A stretch of 64,000 nt of DNA from Terriglobia bacterium (GTDB lineage: Bacteria > Acidobacteriota > Terriglobia > Acidiferrales > UBA7541): NCBI GenBank assembly GCA_963695545.1, contig OY968796.1:1824001-1888000 (forward strand), written 5' to 3'. A model generated the notes under the pieces. It was not told where the DNA came from. It saw only the letters and a list, made by a program, of their open reading frames with translations, and made no database searches. Positions 9,601-19,248 of this stretch are shown piece by piece. The number at the start of each line of letters is the position of its first letter. Within the stretch, counting starts at the first letter, position 1. A program made the translations under genes and the position numbers.

Positions 9601-10318
9601 TGCCGTTTGAGGTGTCGCCGTACACCGCGCTGCCTTGAAAGTCGTCTACGGAAATTTCCCTGACGGCGTCCATTTCCGGACTGAAACCGGACACGCGGCT
9701 ATTGTCCTGCATGTTCGGCACGCCATTCAGCAGCACTTCATTCGATTGCGAATTACCGCCGCCCGACGCGAAGTCGCTGCTGCCCGAGTTATCGAAGGGG
9801 CGCGCTTCGGTCAAGGAGTGCTTTTCCTTCGGTATCACGCCGTATTCATCCCGCACCAGGCCGATCGGAGATCGACCGTTGCTTGGCAAATCCTCCACTT
9901 CGCTGGTCGTCAGCACCTGTCCTACGCTGGCGGTTTGCGTATCGATCAGCGCGGAATCCGCCGTCACCTGGATCGTTTGCGAAGTGCCGCCCACCTGGAG
10001 AGTGATGTTCTCCGTGGCGTTCTGTTGGGTCACCAAGTTGATGCCGGTGTGATCGTACTTCTCAAAGCCGGACGCTTCGGCGCTGATTTCGTAAGTTCCG
10101 GGCTCCAAGAACGGGACCGTATAAAAACCGTCGCCTCCGGTTTTGGTATCCGTGTGCGCCCCGGTGCCCATATTCGTCACCGTCACCGTCACGTTTGCCA
10201 TCGCCCCGCCTTGCTGGTCCAACACACGCCCCGCCAAAGACGCGCGAGACTCCTGCGCATGCGCCAAGCCCGCTGCGCCGATCAAAAGGGTAAGCAACAC
10301 GGCTAACCGTTTCATCAT
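6692..10318 (-). CDS. TonB-dependent receptor-like outer membrane protein (probable transporter of the glycan locus)
   Basis: RBS GGAGGAGG, signal peptide, N-terminal GRVLDQQGG domain, KSGTNDFHG, YAQDNW, FNALNR and a terminal Phe. Confidence 0.92.
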   Translation of the reverse strand: MMKRLAVLLTLLIGAAGLAHAQESRASLAGRVLDQQGGAMANVTVTVTNMGTGAHTDTKTGGDGFYTVPFLEPGTYEISAEASGFEKYDHTGINLVTQQNATENITLQVGGTSQTIQVTADSALIDTQTASVGQVLTTSEVEDLPSNGRSPIGLVRDEYGVIPKEKHSLTEARPFDNSGSSDFASGGGNSQSNEVLLNGVPNMQDNSRVSGFSPEMDAVREISVDDFQGSAVYGDTSNGTVNITTKSGTNDFHGTLSEFNESPVPSARLFFNPVTTHAPATHWNQYGGTIGGPVLIPKLFNGRNKIFFFYAYEGFKDSLPTSKITTVPTALERTGDFSALLALGSSYQLYNPYLATTSGGVVTRTAIPHNILTATNADADTYGPAGSVTGAGLPLDAVALKVLQLYPLPNYSATTAADGANNYFSNDPSTDDYYSNEGRLDINISQNNLAFFEIHQSHVVSASGNLFNNIATGSSSLTGYWGGTFDDVQTFSPTLSLDVRFGVDRSLLSSALPSTGFNPSTELGMAANVAGSANYLDLPIFNVNGFQTLGAKGGTITGFTNLQFFSELTKVWGRHTIEIGPDIRVNKYAGISPGDATGSYSFNGTSGANSWVSATSSGNGPTFGSGLAELLLGLPDGAATNEYDINAPTVNQNWYFGGYAQDNWHIKQNLTLTLGLRAEHETPPAEARNRQIIGFNSTATNEVTNPAEAAYATVYAEYGPTGTIQVNPLLPAPSSFLPTGGVIFASPSARNGYQTQTAYWSPRIGVAWSPGMFHGKTVVRAGFGIFYNPFNAYYSNTDINMGFGYQEANAVVPTTNGYLTPAATIDNPFPSTNPLLEPTGNGLGINTALNSAIQFYDPNVKAAHSDRWSLDIEEQLGKNTMFDLGYVGARQINLSINNSLSALPYQDLIQYPSGTNVPGATTTACGAVETVNACLTSALTRTIALSPYKGIANNGTPYTNSTTVGALLGAYSEFSSVSEQLDPIGYANYDMLAARITQRLSDGLQFNANFEWSRQLEASTQLNAGGPLWYGETSSDFPIHFDITGAYAFPFGRGRRFGGGINKGLDALVGGWSISCIYTWESGAMDSWGNVIQIAGQPLEQDPGNPAAAFNTAAFDKVTADQPNGSDYRTFPSLFLREQNTNNADLSAFKSFTFGERVNLQLRLDAFNALNRVQFGSPNVTPTSSAFGTITSQANTPRVIQIGGRIAF

Positions 10319-11051
10319 GCCTCCTCCGATTTTCTCAACCTGTCCCCGTGAGCGATCGCGCGCGTTTCAGTCAGTGAGAAGCAAGGTCCCAGCGTCACGA
10401 CCCTGTGGGAACACCCCGGACGCGCAAACTAGCAAATAAAACAGTTTAATGTCAATAGAAATTGCGGACCATAATGTGAAATCAAATCGAGTATAAGGAA
10501 ACGTACCTCCGACCGGCCCAGCCCGTCACTTCTCGCCGTTTTGGGCGCAGTTTCCGTCGCCATCCAAGCCGCAGCCGCTCTCTTTTTCGGCCGCGCGGCG
10601 CGCAATCTATGTCCTTCGCGTCGTTGCTGTCAATCGGAAGTGTGTTCCTCTATTGAAGTTAGGGCGGCCCGATTTTGGCCCGGTGGCCCGAGACATTTCA
10701 ATTGTCAAAACGGAAATGCGGGGTGATAAAGCGTTCCGGCATTCAGATTGGAATATGGGCCACCTGCGATGGTCGCTCAATCCGTCGGCCGCGCTGATCT
10801 TTCCGCTGGCCTCGCTCTCCGTTGCTGCGCAATTCCCGCTCGCCGCCTTCGAAAAACTCCGCTCCATCCACTCCATTGATGTCGTTTCGAATACTTATTT
10901 ATTTGTTGACAACAATTCGTGCTTCTGATATTCTCGTACGTGTTCGCCGCCAACCAATTCGAATGGTCCGCCGCTTTTCCTCCCGTGCGCCTCGCGTTTC
11001 AGTTCGCCCCCGGGTGTGGTGACACTCAATCGTCTTTTCGCGCCCCAACAA

Positions 11052-11250
11052 CCCTTTTATTTTCAAATCGATCCGCACTCTTTCAAAAGAGTGCGCAACT
11101 CATTCATAAAAAACATTTTGAATGCCCTTTCTTTTCACACTCATCCGCACTCTTCTCCTGGAAGTCTTTTGTTTCTATGCTCTTAAGCAAAACATACCCG
11201 GGGTATATATAGGCCCTTTCCGGCCTTCACCAGTTTTCAACGACTTACGG
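11052..11250. repeat. AT-rich iterated/palindromic element
   Basis: Direct repeat ending ATCCGCACTCTT (11071-11082 and 11143-11154), each preceded by CCCTTT..TTTTCA; inverted repeat CGCACTCTTT-CA-AAAGAGTGCG (11074-11095). Confidence 0.6.
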
Positions 11251-11345
11251 CCTCGCGCTTTTCCAAAACTCTCGAAATCCCCTGGCCGCGGCGAAAGGTG
11301 GTACGCTCGCAAACTTCTGAGCGACACGATTTGTCTCCAGCGAAG

Positions 11346-13670
11346 ATGATCATGAAAAGCGCGCCAGCCAAAATAATGACCAACGCAAACGCTTGGACGA
11401 TCTTGTGCGCAGCTCTTCTCGCGGTGGGCTGCGCTCTTTCCGCCGCGACGCCACAGGCCAGCGGCCCCGATCTCGAATGGGCGAATTCCATCGGCATGCA
11501 GATGGAGCGCATTCCTGCCGGCTCGTTCATGATGGGCGCGGACGCCGCGCCGCTGCCGAAATCGCTGACCGCGGGCATTCCCGGCGTGATGTCCGATCGT
11601 CCAGCACAAGGCGATTTCGATGAAGCTCCCGCGCATCGCGTCGCCATCACGCACGAATTTTCCATTGGCGCATCCGAAGTTACGATCGCGCAATACCAGC
11701 AGTTCGATCCGCAATACCAGCCGAATCCTGCCTACGCTCCGTATGTCTCCGGCGTCAGTTGGGTCCAGGCGCGGGCATTCTGCGCGTGGCTCAGCAAGAA
11801 AGAAGGCCAACCGTATCGCCTGCCCACCGAAGCCGAGTGGGAATATGTTGCGCGCGCGGGATCGACAACGCCCTTTCCTTCCGGCGATACGCAGCCCAAA
11901 CCGGAGGAGGCCAACGCCTGGGGCGTGCGCAACGTGAACACCGGCGTAGCCGAGTGGGTCGAGGATTGGTATGGGCCATATCACCCGGATGCGCAAGTTG
12001 ATCCGGTCGGGCCCGTCGCGGGTTATGCGCGCGTGGTTCGCGGCGGCGGATTGGACTCTCGTGAGAATAAATTAGGGGAGACGCTGCCTGCGCTCGCTCC
12101 CTACTTTGCGCGCTCGGCCAATCGCGCAAGCATGGCTGCCGATTTCGTTCCGCGCGGCGGAGGGAATATCGGCTTTCGCGTTGTGCAAGCACCGGTACCT
12201 GCGACGCAGCCTTTGCCCGAACATATCTTCATCTTCCAGACCGCCGTGAAGCAGACTGCAGACGATTTAGAGGACGGCCCCGATCCCGCAAAGCCCTATT
12301 TCCTCACGCACGTTCTGTTTCCCGATTTGCAGGGACGCTCCATGCCGGAGGTTGGCTGGCGGCTCGGTCTGGCGCGCGGCCTCGGCGTGCAGTATCACAA
12401 CAGCGCCGTGCAGGAACTTCCCAACGGCGACATGTTGGCCGCGTATTACAACGCGCCTGTCGATGAGGACGATCCCGACCAAACAATCTTGATCATGCGC
12501 CGCCGCCGCGGCAGCGAAGATTGGGACATGCCCGAGCCATGGCCCTATTTCGCGGACGCCGCCAATGCCGCGCCGGTGATCTGGAACGATCACGGCCGCG
12601 TGTGGTTCTTCTGGGGCCAGCCGCATTTAATTGGAGCCTATCCGTTTGCGTACACCACGTCGCTCGACAACGGCGTCACTTGGTCGGCGGTTCAATTTCC
12701 AAATCTCGTGGGGCCGGTGGGACGCTACATTTCGCAGCCGATCAACAGCATAGTGCGCGCCGCGGATGGAACGATCTATCTGCCCACCGACGCCACGGGA
12801 AAAGGCGCGATGTCCGCGATTTGGGCCACGCACGACGACGGAAAAACCTGGTTTGACACCGGCGGACGAACCGCCGGCCGCCACACCACGCTAGTGCTCA
12901 GCAACGAAGGTAACCTGCTCGGCTTTGGCGGGAAAAACTCCGATATCGATGGCCGCATGCCGCTCGCCATCAGCGCCGATGGAGGCAAGACCTACGACGT
13001 CGTGAAAACTCCATTCGATCCGCTTGATAGCGGCGAGCGGCCCAGCGTGATTCGACTGGCATCCGGAAAACTTTTCTTCGTGGCCGATTACAATCCGAAT
13101 CACAGCAAGCATGTGCACACCGACGGCGCCTATGTGGCGCTCAGCAGCGACGACGGCAAAACCTGGCTGATGAAGCGCCTGCCGGAAGTTCTCACCGTCG
13201 GATACGTGACGGCGACGCAAGGAAAAAACGGGATCATCCACATCGTAACTTCCAAGAATCATCCCAACTATGAAATTGAGCTGAACGAAGCCTGGATCCT
13301 GGATGCCGCCGCCGATGCCACGGCCACCACTCCGGCCACCAGCATCGACCACGTTTCGCGTCACGAAGAACGCTACGCCGACGGCACGCCTAAGGCTGTC
13401 TGGAGCGAAGGGCGCGCAAACAACGGAGAAATACTGCTGGAGGGCAGCGAAACCTTCTACTTTCCCGATGGCCGTGTGCAGTGGAGTTTGAACTATCACC
13501 TGGGACGAAAAACCGGCGTCGAACGCCTATTACGCGAAAACGGCACGAAAAAATGGGAGAAAATCTACGGACCGAACGGCACCTGGACGTGGAGCGAGTT
13601 TGACGAAGCCGGCCAAAAAACGGCCGAGTCGCAGTGGAATGGTAAAGCGCTGGTGGACGTAAAGTTCTGA
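11346..13670 (+). CDS. FGE/SUMF1-fold domain + BNR/Asp-box (sialidase-like) propeller + MORN-like tail
   Basis: GSFMMG, EAPAH, RLPTEAEWEYVAR and GFRVV (FGE fold); Asp boxes SLDNGVTW, THDDGKTW, SADGGKTY and SSDDGKTW; signal peptide. Start uncertain. Confidence 0.82.
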   Translation: MIMKSAPAKIMTNANAWTILCAALLAVGCALSAATPQASGPDLEWANSIGMQMERIPAGSFMMGADAAPLPKSLTAGIPGVMSDRPAQGDFDEAPAHRVAITHEFSIGASEVTIAQYQQFDPQYQPNPAYAPYVSGVSWVQARAFCAWLSKKEGQPYRLPTEAEWEYVARAGSTTPFPSGDTQPKPEEANAWGVRNVNTGVAEWVEDWYGPYHPDAQVDPVGPVAGYARVVRGGGLDSRENKLGETLPALAPYFARSANRASMAADFVPRGGGNIGFRVVQAPVPATQPLPEHIFIFQTAVKQTADDLEDGPDPAKPYFLTHVLFPDLQGRSMPEVGWRLGLARGLGVQYHNSAVQELPNGDMLAAYYNAPVDEDDPDQTILIMRRRRGSEDWDMPEPWPYFADAANAAPVIWNDHGRVWFFWGQPHLIGAYPFAYTTSLDNGVTWSAVQFPNLVGPVGRYISQPINSIVRAADGTIYLPTDATGKGAMSAIWATHDDGKTWFDTGGRTAGRHTTLVLSNEGNLLGFGGKNSDIDGRMPLAISADGGKTYDVVKTPFDPLDSGERPSVIRLASGKLFFVADYNPNHSKHVHTDGAYVALSSDDGKTWLMKRLPEVLTVGYVTATQGKNGIIHIVTSKNHPNYEIELNEAWILDAAADATATTPATSIDHVSRHEERYADGTPKAVWSEGRANNGEILLEGSETFYFPDGRVQWSLNYHLGRKTGVERLLRENGTKKWEKIYGPNGTWTWSEFDEAGQKTAESQWNGKALVDVKF

Positions 13671-13708
13671 CGCATTTTCATCGCGGGCGTAGTCGCTGCG
13701 GAAGAGGG

Positions 13709-14689
13709 ATGCTCGAAATGTTCCGGCGGAGAATCAAATACGCGCTCGCGGGAATCTGTTTCTTGCTTGTGGCGCAAACCGCGCTCGCGAATGACGCTTA
13801 TCTGTTTGCGTATTTCAAGGAGCCCGGCGATCAGGGAATTTATCTCGCCCTCAGCCGTGATGGATATCACTGGACTCCGCTGAACGATGGGCAGCCGTGG
13901 GTGAAGCCCGACCAAGGCGGAGAATTGATGCGCGACGTTTTCCTCACGCGTGGCCCGGACCATCGCTTCCGCATGGTGTGGACTTGGGGTTGGCACGGCA
14001 CTTCACTCGGCTATGCGGAGTCGCCCGATTTATTGCGTTGGTCGGCGCAAAAACAAATTCCGGTCATGCAGGACGTTCCCGGCACTAGCAACGTTTGGGC
14101 GCCGGAGACCTACTGGGACAGCCACGCGAAGCAATGGTTGATCGTGTGGTCCAGCAGCGTCGGCGATCCGGGTCCTGGCAATCGCATCTATTCCGCGCTC
14201 ACGCCGGACTTCAACACATTTTCCAAGCCGTCGGTCTTCTTCGATCCCGGCTACGTGGTGATCGATGCCACGATTTTTCACGGTCGCGGCCAGTACTATT
14301 TTATTTTCAAAGATCAGACGCCCGATCCGCTGCGTTACCAGATTCGCTACGCCACAGGACCAACCGTCGAAGGGCCCTGGTCCAATATTCATGAACCGAT
14401 CACCGAGTCCTGGTCCGAGGGACCGTCGGCGATTCACGTCGGCGATGAATACATCGTGTATTACGATCATTACCGCTTCCCGCGCCGGCAATACGAAGGC
14501 GTTGCCAGCAAGGATTGGGTGCACTGGAAGAGCGTCGACGATCAAATCAGTTTTCCCGAGAATTGCAAGCACGGCAGCTTCCTCAAAATTACGGAAAAGG
14601 AGGCCGATCGCCTCGCGGCGTATCACCCTGCGGCGGCATCTCCGGCGCCAACGCCGTCAGCGGCGTCGCCGAACGCGCCGCAACGATGA
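13709..14689 (+). CDS. Glycoside hydrolase family 43 (five-bladed propeller)
   Basis: YLFAYF, LMRD, VWAPE, VIDATI, FKD, SEGPS and KHGS motifs; signal peptide. Confidence 0.85.
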   Translation: MLEMFRRRIKYALAGICFLLVAQTALANDAYLFAYFKEPGDQGIYLALSRDGYHWTPLNDGQPWVKPDQGGELMRDVFLTRGPDHRFRMVWTWGWHGTSLGYAESPDLLRWSAQKQIPVMQDVPGTSNVWAPETYWDSHAKQWLIVWSSSVGDPGPGNRIYSALTPDFNTFSKPSVFFDPGYVVIDATIFHGRGQYYFIFKDQTPDPLRYQIRYATGPTVEGPWSNIHEPITESWSEGPSAIHVGDEYIVYYDHYRFPRRQYEGVASKDWVHWKSVDDQISFPENCKHGSFLKITEKEADRLAAYHPAAASPAPTPSAASPNAPQR

Positions 14690-14702
14690 GTGTTTGTTTT
14701 AT

Positions 14703-16937
14703 TTATTGCCCGGTCGGATTCCAGCCATCGCTGCCCGCGAGAACCTTTGCGGGAGCGAATCGCTCCTCTTCGGCGGGCGTGAGCTGGTGGGAATACTTTT
14801 CGCGCGCGGTGGGATCCGCACCGGGCCCCGAGGAATCGAATTCGGCATAGTAGGCCACGGGCAAACTGGGCACGCCGAATCGCGGCCATTCTTCCCAGCC
14901 CGCGGGAATCACGTTCGCGTCGATGCGCGTGTGCAAATACACCACCGACGCGTGCGGCCGCCACGGCCGTCCGAGCGCCACGATTCCGGTCGTGCGCGGA
15001 TCGGCCGTCAGCGTGCAGTGATCGAAGACGTAGCCGCTTTCCTGATCGGTGGAATGTTTGTCTTGCGCGGTGAACATCACGTTGCCCGGAGCGTTGCCAT
15101 GCAGTTCACAGCGCTCAAAAACGGCCACGCTGTCGCCGAAGACAAAATCGATGTTGCCGTCAACGTAGCAGTCGGAAAAATATTGGCGCGCCGCGACGCA
15201 TGGCCCGTAGTCGCCGTAGCAATATTTGCTCGCGGCAAAAAGCGTGTCCTGATTCCCATGCAGGCGCAACCAGCGAAACGTATCGCGATCGCCGGTCACT
15301 GCCAACGCCACAGCTTGGCCGTGGCCGCCTCCGGGCGTGAAGCTGTTGGTGATCGTCAGGTGATCGAGCGAAACGTTGTCGGCTTCGACGAACACCGTTG
15401 CGCTGTTGAACGTGCCGCCGGATTTCGGCGCGCCGTTGTCGTAGACGATGGTGACGGCGCTCGGATCGGCGCGATCTCCGCTGATTGAAACGCGCGGCTT
15501 GCGTATGGTGACCACCTCGCGATACGTGCCGGGCTTGACGGTGATGGAGCCGCCCTCGAGCGGCAGCGCGTCGACCGCGCTTTGCACGGATTTGAAATCG
15601 CCGCTGCCGTCTTGCGCGACGACAAGATAACGCTTCGCGCCAATCTTCGGGACATCGCCGGAGATCGGCGTGAATTGCTGTCGCGGCGGCTCGTGAAAAT
15701 AGAACATCTCCGTATCCGGGCACTTTGCCGCGCGCCCGTTCTGCAATCCAGCGCCGCCGAGAATTCCTTTGCCGGCGACGGAAACGTTATCGAACTCGAT
15801 CGCATTCGCGGCGGGAATCGACGCGCTGCTTTGACCGTTCGCGTCGATGGCGCGCAACGGTTGCGCGACGCCGTCCATGCAAACATTTTGGAAATGAACG
15901 TTGCGAATTCCCGCGCCATCCGCTCCGGCGAGTTGCAGCGTCAGACCGGCGTGCGCGCTCTGGAAGACTGCATTTGTAATCTGGATGTCGTTCGCGTCGC
16001 CATAATGCGCGTCGCCGATCGCGATTCCACGGCCGCCATAAATATGCAGATCGCTCAGACGCGCGTGCGTCGTCGGGCCGAGAATGCTGGCTTCAAGTGA
16101 GATGGATTCCGACGGAGTGTGAATCCACGCGCCGTCAATCGTGGCGTTGACGGAATTGCTGAGCACGATTCCCGGACCGGCGGCGGAATTGTCCGGCGAA
16201 TCGATCACCACGTGCGTGGCGACAAATCCGGGCGTTTTGTAAATGGCCAAGTGCGCGCCAGCGGCGTTGCGCAGCGTCACGCCGATCACCTGGAATCCTT
16301 GCGATTCGTAATCGGAAACAAGATCGGGGGCGCTGATCGGGTGGCCCGCTTTTTCCGCTGCGCGCTGGCGATCCCACCAGGACGGTTCATTGAAACTGAT
16401 CGCGGTTCCCCCTTGGCCGTCGATTGTTCCCGCGCCCATGATCGCGCTGTATGCAGCCTGATAGCTGAATACGAAAGGCTTGCATTGCACGGCGTCGGTT
16501 CGGACCGCGCCGCAACTCAATGGCGAGACGTCGTAATCGCGCGGATTGCGCGACGCCAAAAGCGTGACGCCGTCATCCACGTACAGCGTGACGCCGCGCG
16601 GCACAATCAGCGGAGCGGAGAGGAAAGCGTTCTTTTCGCCGTCGGGTTCGAGGTCGACGGATTGCCCTGGATTGCATACATTCAGCGCGTTTTGGATTCG
16701 CTGCGTATCGATCTCGACGTACTCGTCGTGGCGAACACCGTCGTCGTGCAGGCCAACGTGAGCCGACAGAATGGCGCACGACGGAGGAACGGGCAGTACC
16801 GTCGCGCGCGCCGCGGTTTGATCCGCTGCCTGGTCTTGATCTGGGTTCTGCGCCGCAGACTGCGCGTGAGCCTGCGAGAGCGCCGCCAGCGTGAATGCGA
16901 GAGCTCCCAGCGAAATCATTCGCGCGGTGCCCGACAT
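14703..16937 (-). CDS. GH28-like beta-helix (degenerate) fused to CE8 pectin methylesterase
   Basis: N-half resembles polygalacturonase (FLSAPL, VTLYVDDGVTL, GTIDGQG). C-half has CE8 motifs DGSGDF.SVQ, GTYRE, QAVAL, QDTL, DFVFG and LGRPW. Confidence 0.85.
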   Translation of the reverse strand: MSGTARMISLGALAFTLAALSQAHAQSAAQNPDQDQAADQTAARATVLPVPPSCAILSAHVGLHDDGVRHDEYVEIDTQRIQNALNVCNPGQSVDLEPDGEKNAFLSAPLIVPRGVTLYVDDGVTLLASRNPRDYDVSPLSCGAVRTDAVQCKPFVFSYQAAYSAIMGAGTIDGQGGTAISFNEPSWWDRQRAAEKAGHPISAPDLVSDYESQGFQVIGVTLRNAAGAHLAIYKTPGFVATHVVIDSPDNSAAGPGIVLSNSVNATIDGAWIHTPSESISLEASILGPTTHARLSDLHIYGGRGIAIGDAHYGDANDIQITNAVFQSAHAGLTLQLAGADGAGIRNVHFQNVCMDGVAQPLRAIDANGQSSASIPAANAIEFDNVSVAGKGILGGAGLQNGRAAKCPDTEMFYFHEPPRQQFTPISGDVPKIGAKRYLVVAQDGSGDFKSVQSAVDALPLEGGSITVKPGTYREVVTIRKPRVSISGDRADPSAVTIVYDNGAPKSGGTFNSATVFVEADNVSLDHLTITNSFTPGGGHGQAVALAVTGDRDTFRWLRLHGNQDTLFAASKYCYGDYGPCVAARQYFSDCYVDGNIDFVFGDSVAVFERCELHGNAPGNVMFTAQDKHSTDQESGYVFDHCTLTADPRTTGIVALGRPWRPHASVVYLHTRIDANVIPAGWEEWPRFGVPSLPVAYYAEFDSSGPGADPTAREKYSHQLTPAEEERFAPAKVLAGSDGWNPTGQ

Positions 16938-16947
16938 CGAGAACTCC

Positions 16948-19227
16948 CTAATTCTGAAACAGCCAATCCAGATTCGCCGGCTGGGCCGGTTGCGACTGTG
17001 CCGGAGCTGCGGGTGCGGGTGCGGGCGCGGACGCCGATGCCTCCGCGTTTTGCAGCGACGCGAGATGATCCTGGAAAATCTTCAATTCGTTTTCGTACGC
17101 GGGCAGCGCGTCGCGCCAGTGTGAATATTTTCCGTCCGCGCCGGAGAATGGAATTTGACGCTGCTTGGTCAGCAGAGCGCACGCCTGTCGATACGTGGTA
17201 TCCGTGAGTGCGACGAGAGCGCGATAGAAATCTACGCTGTCGGACAGAAGTTTTTCCGCCTGCACCAGATGATCGAGATTGTGGTCGTATCCATACAGCA
17301 TCACGAGCTCGGCCGCCTGCGTCTTCGCGTTGTAATACTGCATCAGCGCGTGGATGCATCGCATATCGTTCAGAATGCGTTCAAATTCCGCGCGATCTTG
17401 GGTGACGTAAGGGCCGGCCGCTTCCGCGGCTTCGACCGCTCGCGCGGAAGAGTCTGTGACTTCGGCGGCGACTCCGATGGGCGTTTCGCCCACGTGCGGT
17501 TGATGCGTGAATTCGCGTTGCACGTAGTCGTCGAGGCGCTCGCCTTCGGGCGCGTCACCGGTCCAAAGCGTGGGCTCGGGATGATAGCGAGCGGCGTCGA
17601 TCAATTGGGTCATCAAAAGGCCAAGCGAGAATGCTTCGCGATTGCCTTCGGTGATGCCGATGCGCGGCAGAAGGCGCGGCGCGCACACGCCGGAAAGTTC
17701 GTACGCCGCGAGCAGATGTTCGCCCGCCTCCGCGCTGCCGAATTTTTCGGCGAAGCGACGCACCCAATAAGCGTGCTCGGCGGCCGGATCGCGATTCGGA
17801 TTCCATGCGTAGCGTGCCCAAGCCTCGTACCAGATCCAGTCGCGATCGATCTGTTGCAGCAGCGGCTGCGTGTTGTCCGCCGAATATGGCCAGTCCCAGT
17901 AGCGAAGCGGATAGAGATGCAGCCCGCTGATGCCGATTTTCTGAAACGACAGGACGCACTGGCGAATAAAATCCGGATCGCCCCAGCGAAAGGGCTCGAG
18001 GTTGGAAAGGAGATGCACGTTGGAGATATCGATCGGCGCGAGTTCCGCGAGCATCACATCTTTGTCGCGAATCGTGCCGCGCACGTCGGTCCAGGTGAGC
18101 GATTCGCCAGTCCATTTCTCCATTGTGTCGATGTTGTGATAGAGCGGGAGACTCGCATCCATCACCGCTTTGATGTCGGTTGCGTGCGCGCGAACCACGA
18201 TCGGCGGCTCGATGGTCGTTCCGAGCGCAGCCAAGCCGTCCTTCACGCCGGGAATAATGGTTTGGCTCATCCATTCGGCGCCGTATTGCGGAGCCATGGC
18301 CTCGCCGAGCGTGATCAGCAGACCCACGTTGGGATATTGCTGGATGAATTGCGAAATCACGTATCGCGTGTACTCGCTTGAAAGTGGCGTGGGCTGCGAC
18401 AAGTGGTATGGCACGCCGTGCGCGCGAGCGAACGCGTGCGAGAGATGGATATTGTAAAAGCCCTGCACGACCCAGATTCCGCGGCGATCCGCTTCTTCGG
18501 TGAGCCAGCGAAACATGGCGATGTTCTGGTTAAGTTGCGCGTCGGAAAGTTCCTGGGCCTCGGGATAACGCGGCAGCTTCAGCAGCGAAGTGAAGGGATG
18601 TCCATTCCACAGATACAGAGTGTTCATCCGGCCGTCGACGAGAAAATCGAGATATCGAATCCACGCGGCTTTGTCGTAGAAAAACGGAAAATTCTCCGGG
18701 GTGTACGGATAATCGTACTCGGCGCCCTCGTAGGTGATTTCGGTTTTCTGCATGCCGATGCAAGTGCCGCGCAATTTCAAGGAGGGATGATCTTCAAAAT
18801 CGAGATCAATGGGCAGCGCGCCGGCCTTTTCGATGCGGTCGGCGAGTTCCAGGCTGCCGTAGAGAACGCCGGAGGGATCGCTGCCGGCGACAATCCAGGT
18901 GTCGCCGATGCGCTTCAGTAGAAACGCTTCCGTCGCGCCGGGCCAGAACTGCGCGAGAGGATAGCGTGCCAGCAGCGGTGAATTGCGAACGGCCACGACA
19001 ACCTTGGCGTTTGCGGCGGCTGGGCCAGAGATATTTTGCAAGATTCCACTGAGACGTTCGGCGCCATATTTTTCGCGCGGCGTCGCATTGGGCGCCGTGA
19101 TCACCGGGACGGAAGCGGCTGCGGCGACAGGCAAGAAACAAAACAGCGCAACGGCGAGATAAAGGGAGCGCGGGGATTTCGGCGCCGGCAAATTGGACTT
19201 TCGAGGCAGCAAGAACGACGGCAGCAT
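16948..19227 (-). CDS. GH138-like alpha-D-galacturonidase
   Basis: LRGTCIGMQK, YDYPYTPENFPFFYDK, NTLYLWNGHPF, GFYNIH, TLGEAM and NVHLLSNLEPFRWG, recalled as characteristic of the BT0997/GH138 family; signal peptide. Confidence 0.7.
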   Translation of the reverse strand: MLPSFLLPRKSNLPAPKSPRSLYLAVALFCFLPVAAAASVPVITAPNATPREKYGAERLSGILQNISGPAAANAKVVVAVRNSPLLARYPLAQFWPGATEAFLLKRIGDTWIVAGSDPSGVLYGSLELADRIEKAGALPIDLDFEDHPSLKLRGTCIGMQKTEITYEGAEYDYPYTPENFPFFYDKAAWIRYLDFLVDGRMNTLYLWNGHPFTSLLKLPRYPEAQELSDAQLNQNIAMFRWLTEEADRRGIWVVQGFYNIHLSHAFARAHGVPYHLSQPTPLSSEYTRYVISQFIQQYPNVGLLITLGEAMAPQYGAEWMSQTIIPGVKDGLAALGTTIEPPIVVRAHATDIKAVMDASLPLYHNIDTMEKWTGESLTWTDVRGTIRDKDVMLAELAPIDISNVHLLSNLEPFRWGDPDFIRQCVLSFQKIGISGLHLYPLRYWDWPYSADNTQPLLQQIDRDWIWYEAWARYAWNPNRDPAAEHAYWVRRFAEKFGSAEAGEHLLAAYELSGVCAPRLLPRIGITEGNREAFSLGLLMTQLIDAARYHPEPTLWTGDAPEGERLDDYVQREFTHQPHVGETPIGVAAEVTDSSARAVEAAEAAGPYVTQDRAEFERILNDMRCIHALMQYYNAKTQAAELVMLYGYDHNLDHLVQAEKLLSDSVDFYRALVALTDTTYRQACALLTKQRQIPFSGADGKYSHWRDALPAYENELKIFQDHLASLQNAEASASAPAPAPAAPAQSQPAQPANLDWLFQN

Positions 19228-19248
19228 GGTTCTGTCCTATGGATCGGT

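Noticed and set aside
11040..11260. CRISPR array
   Set aside because: Only two recognisable imperfect repeats, no regular spacers, and no cas genes in the window.
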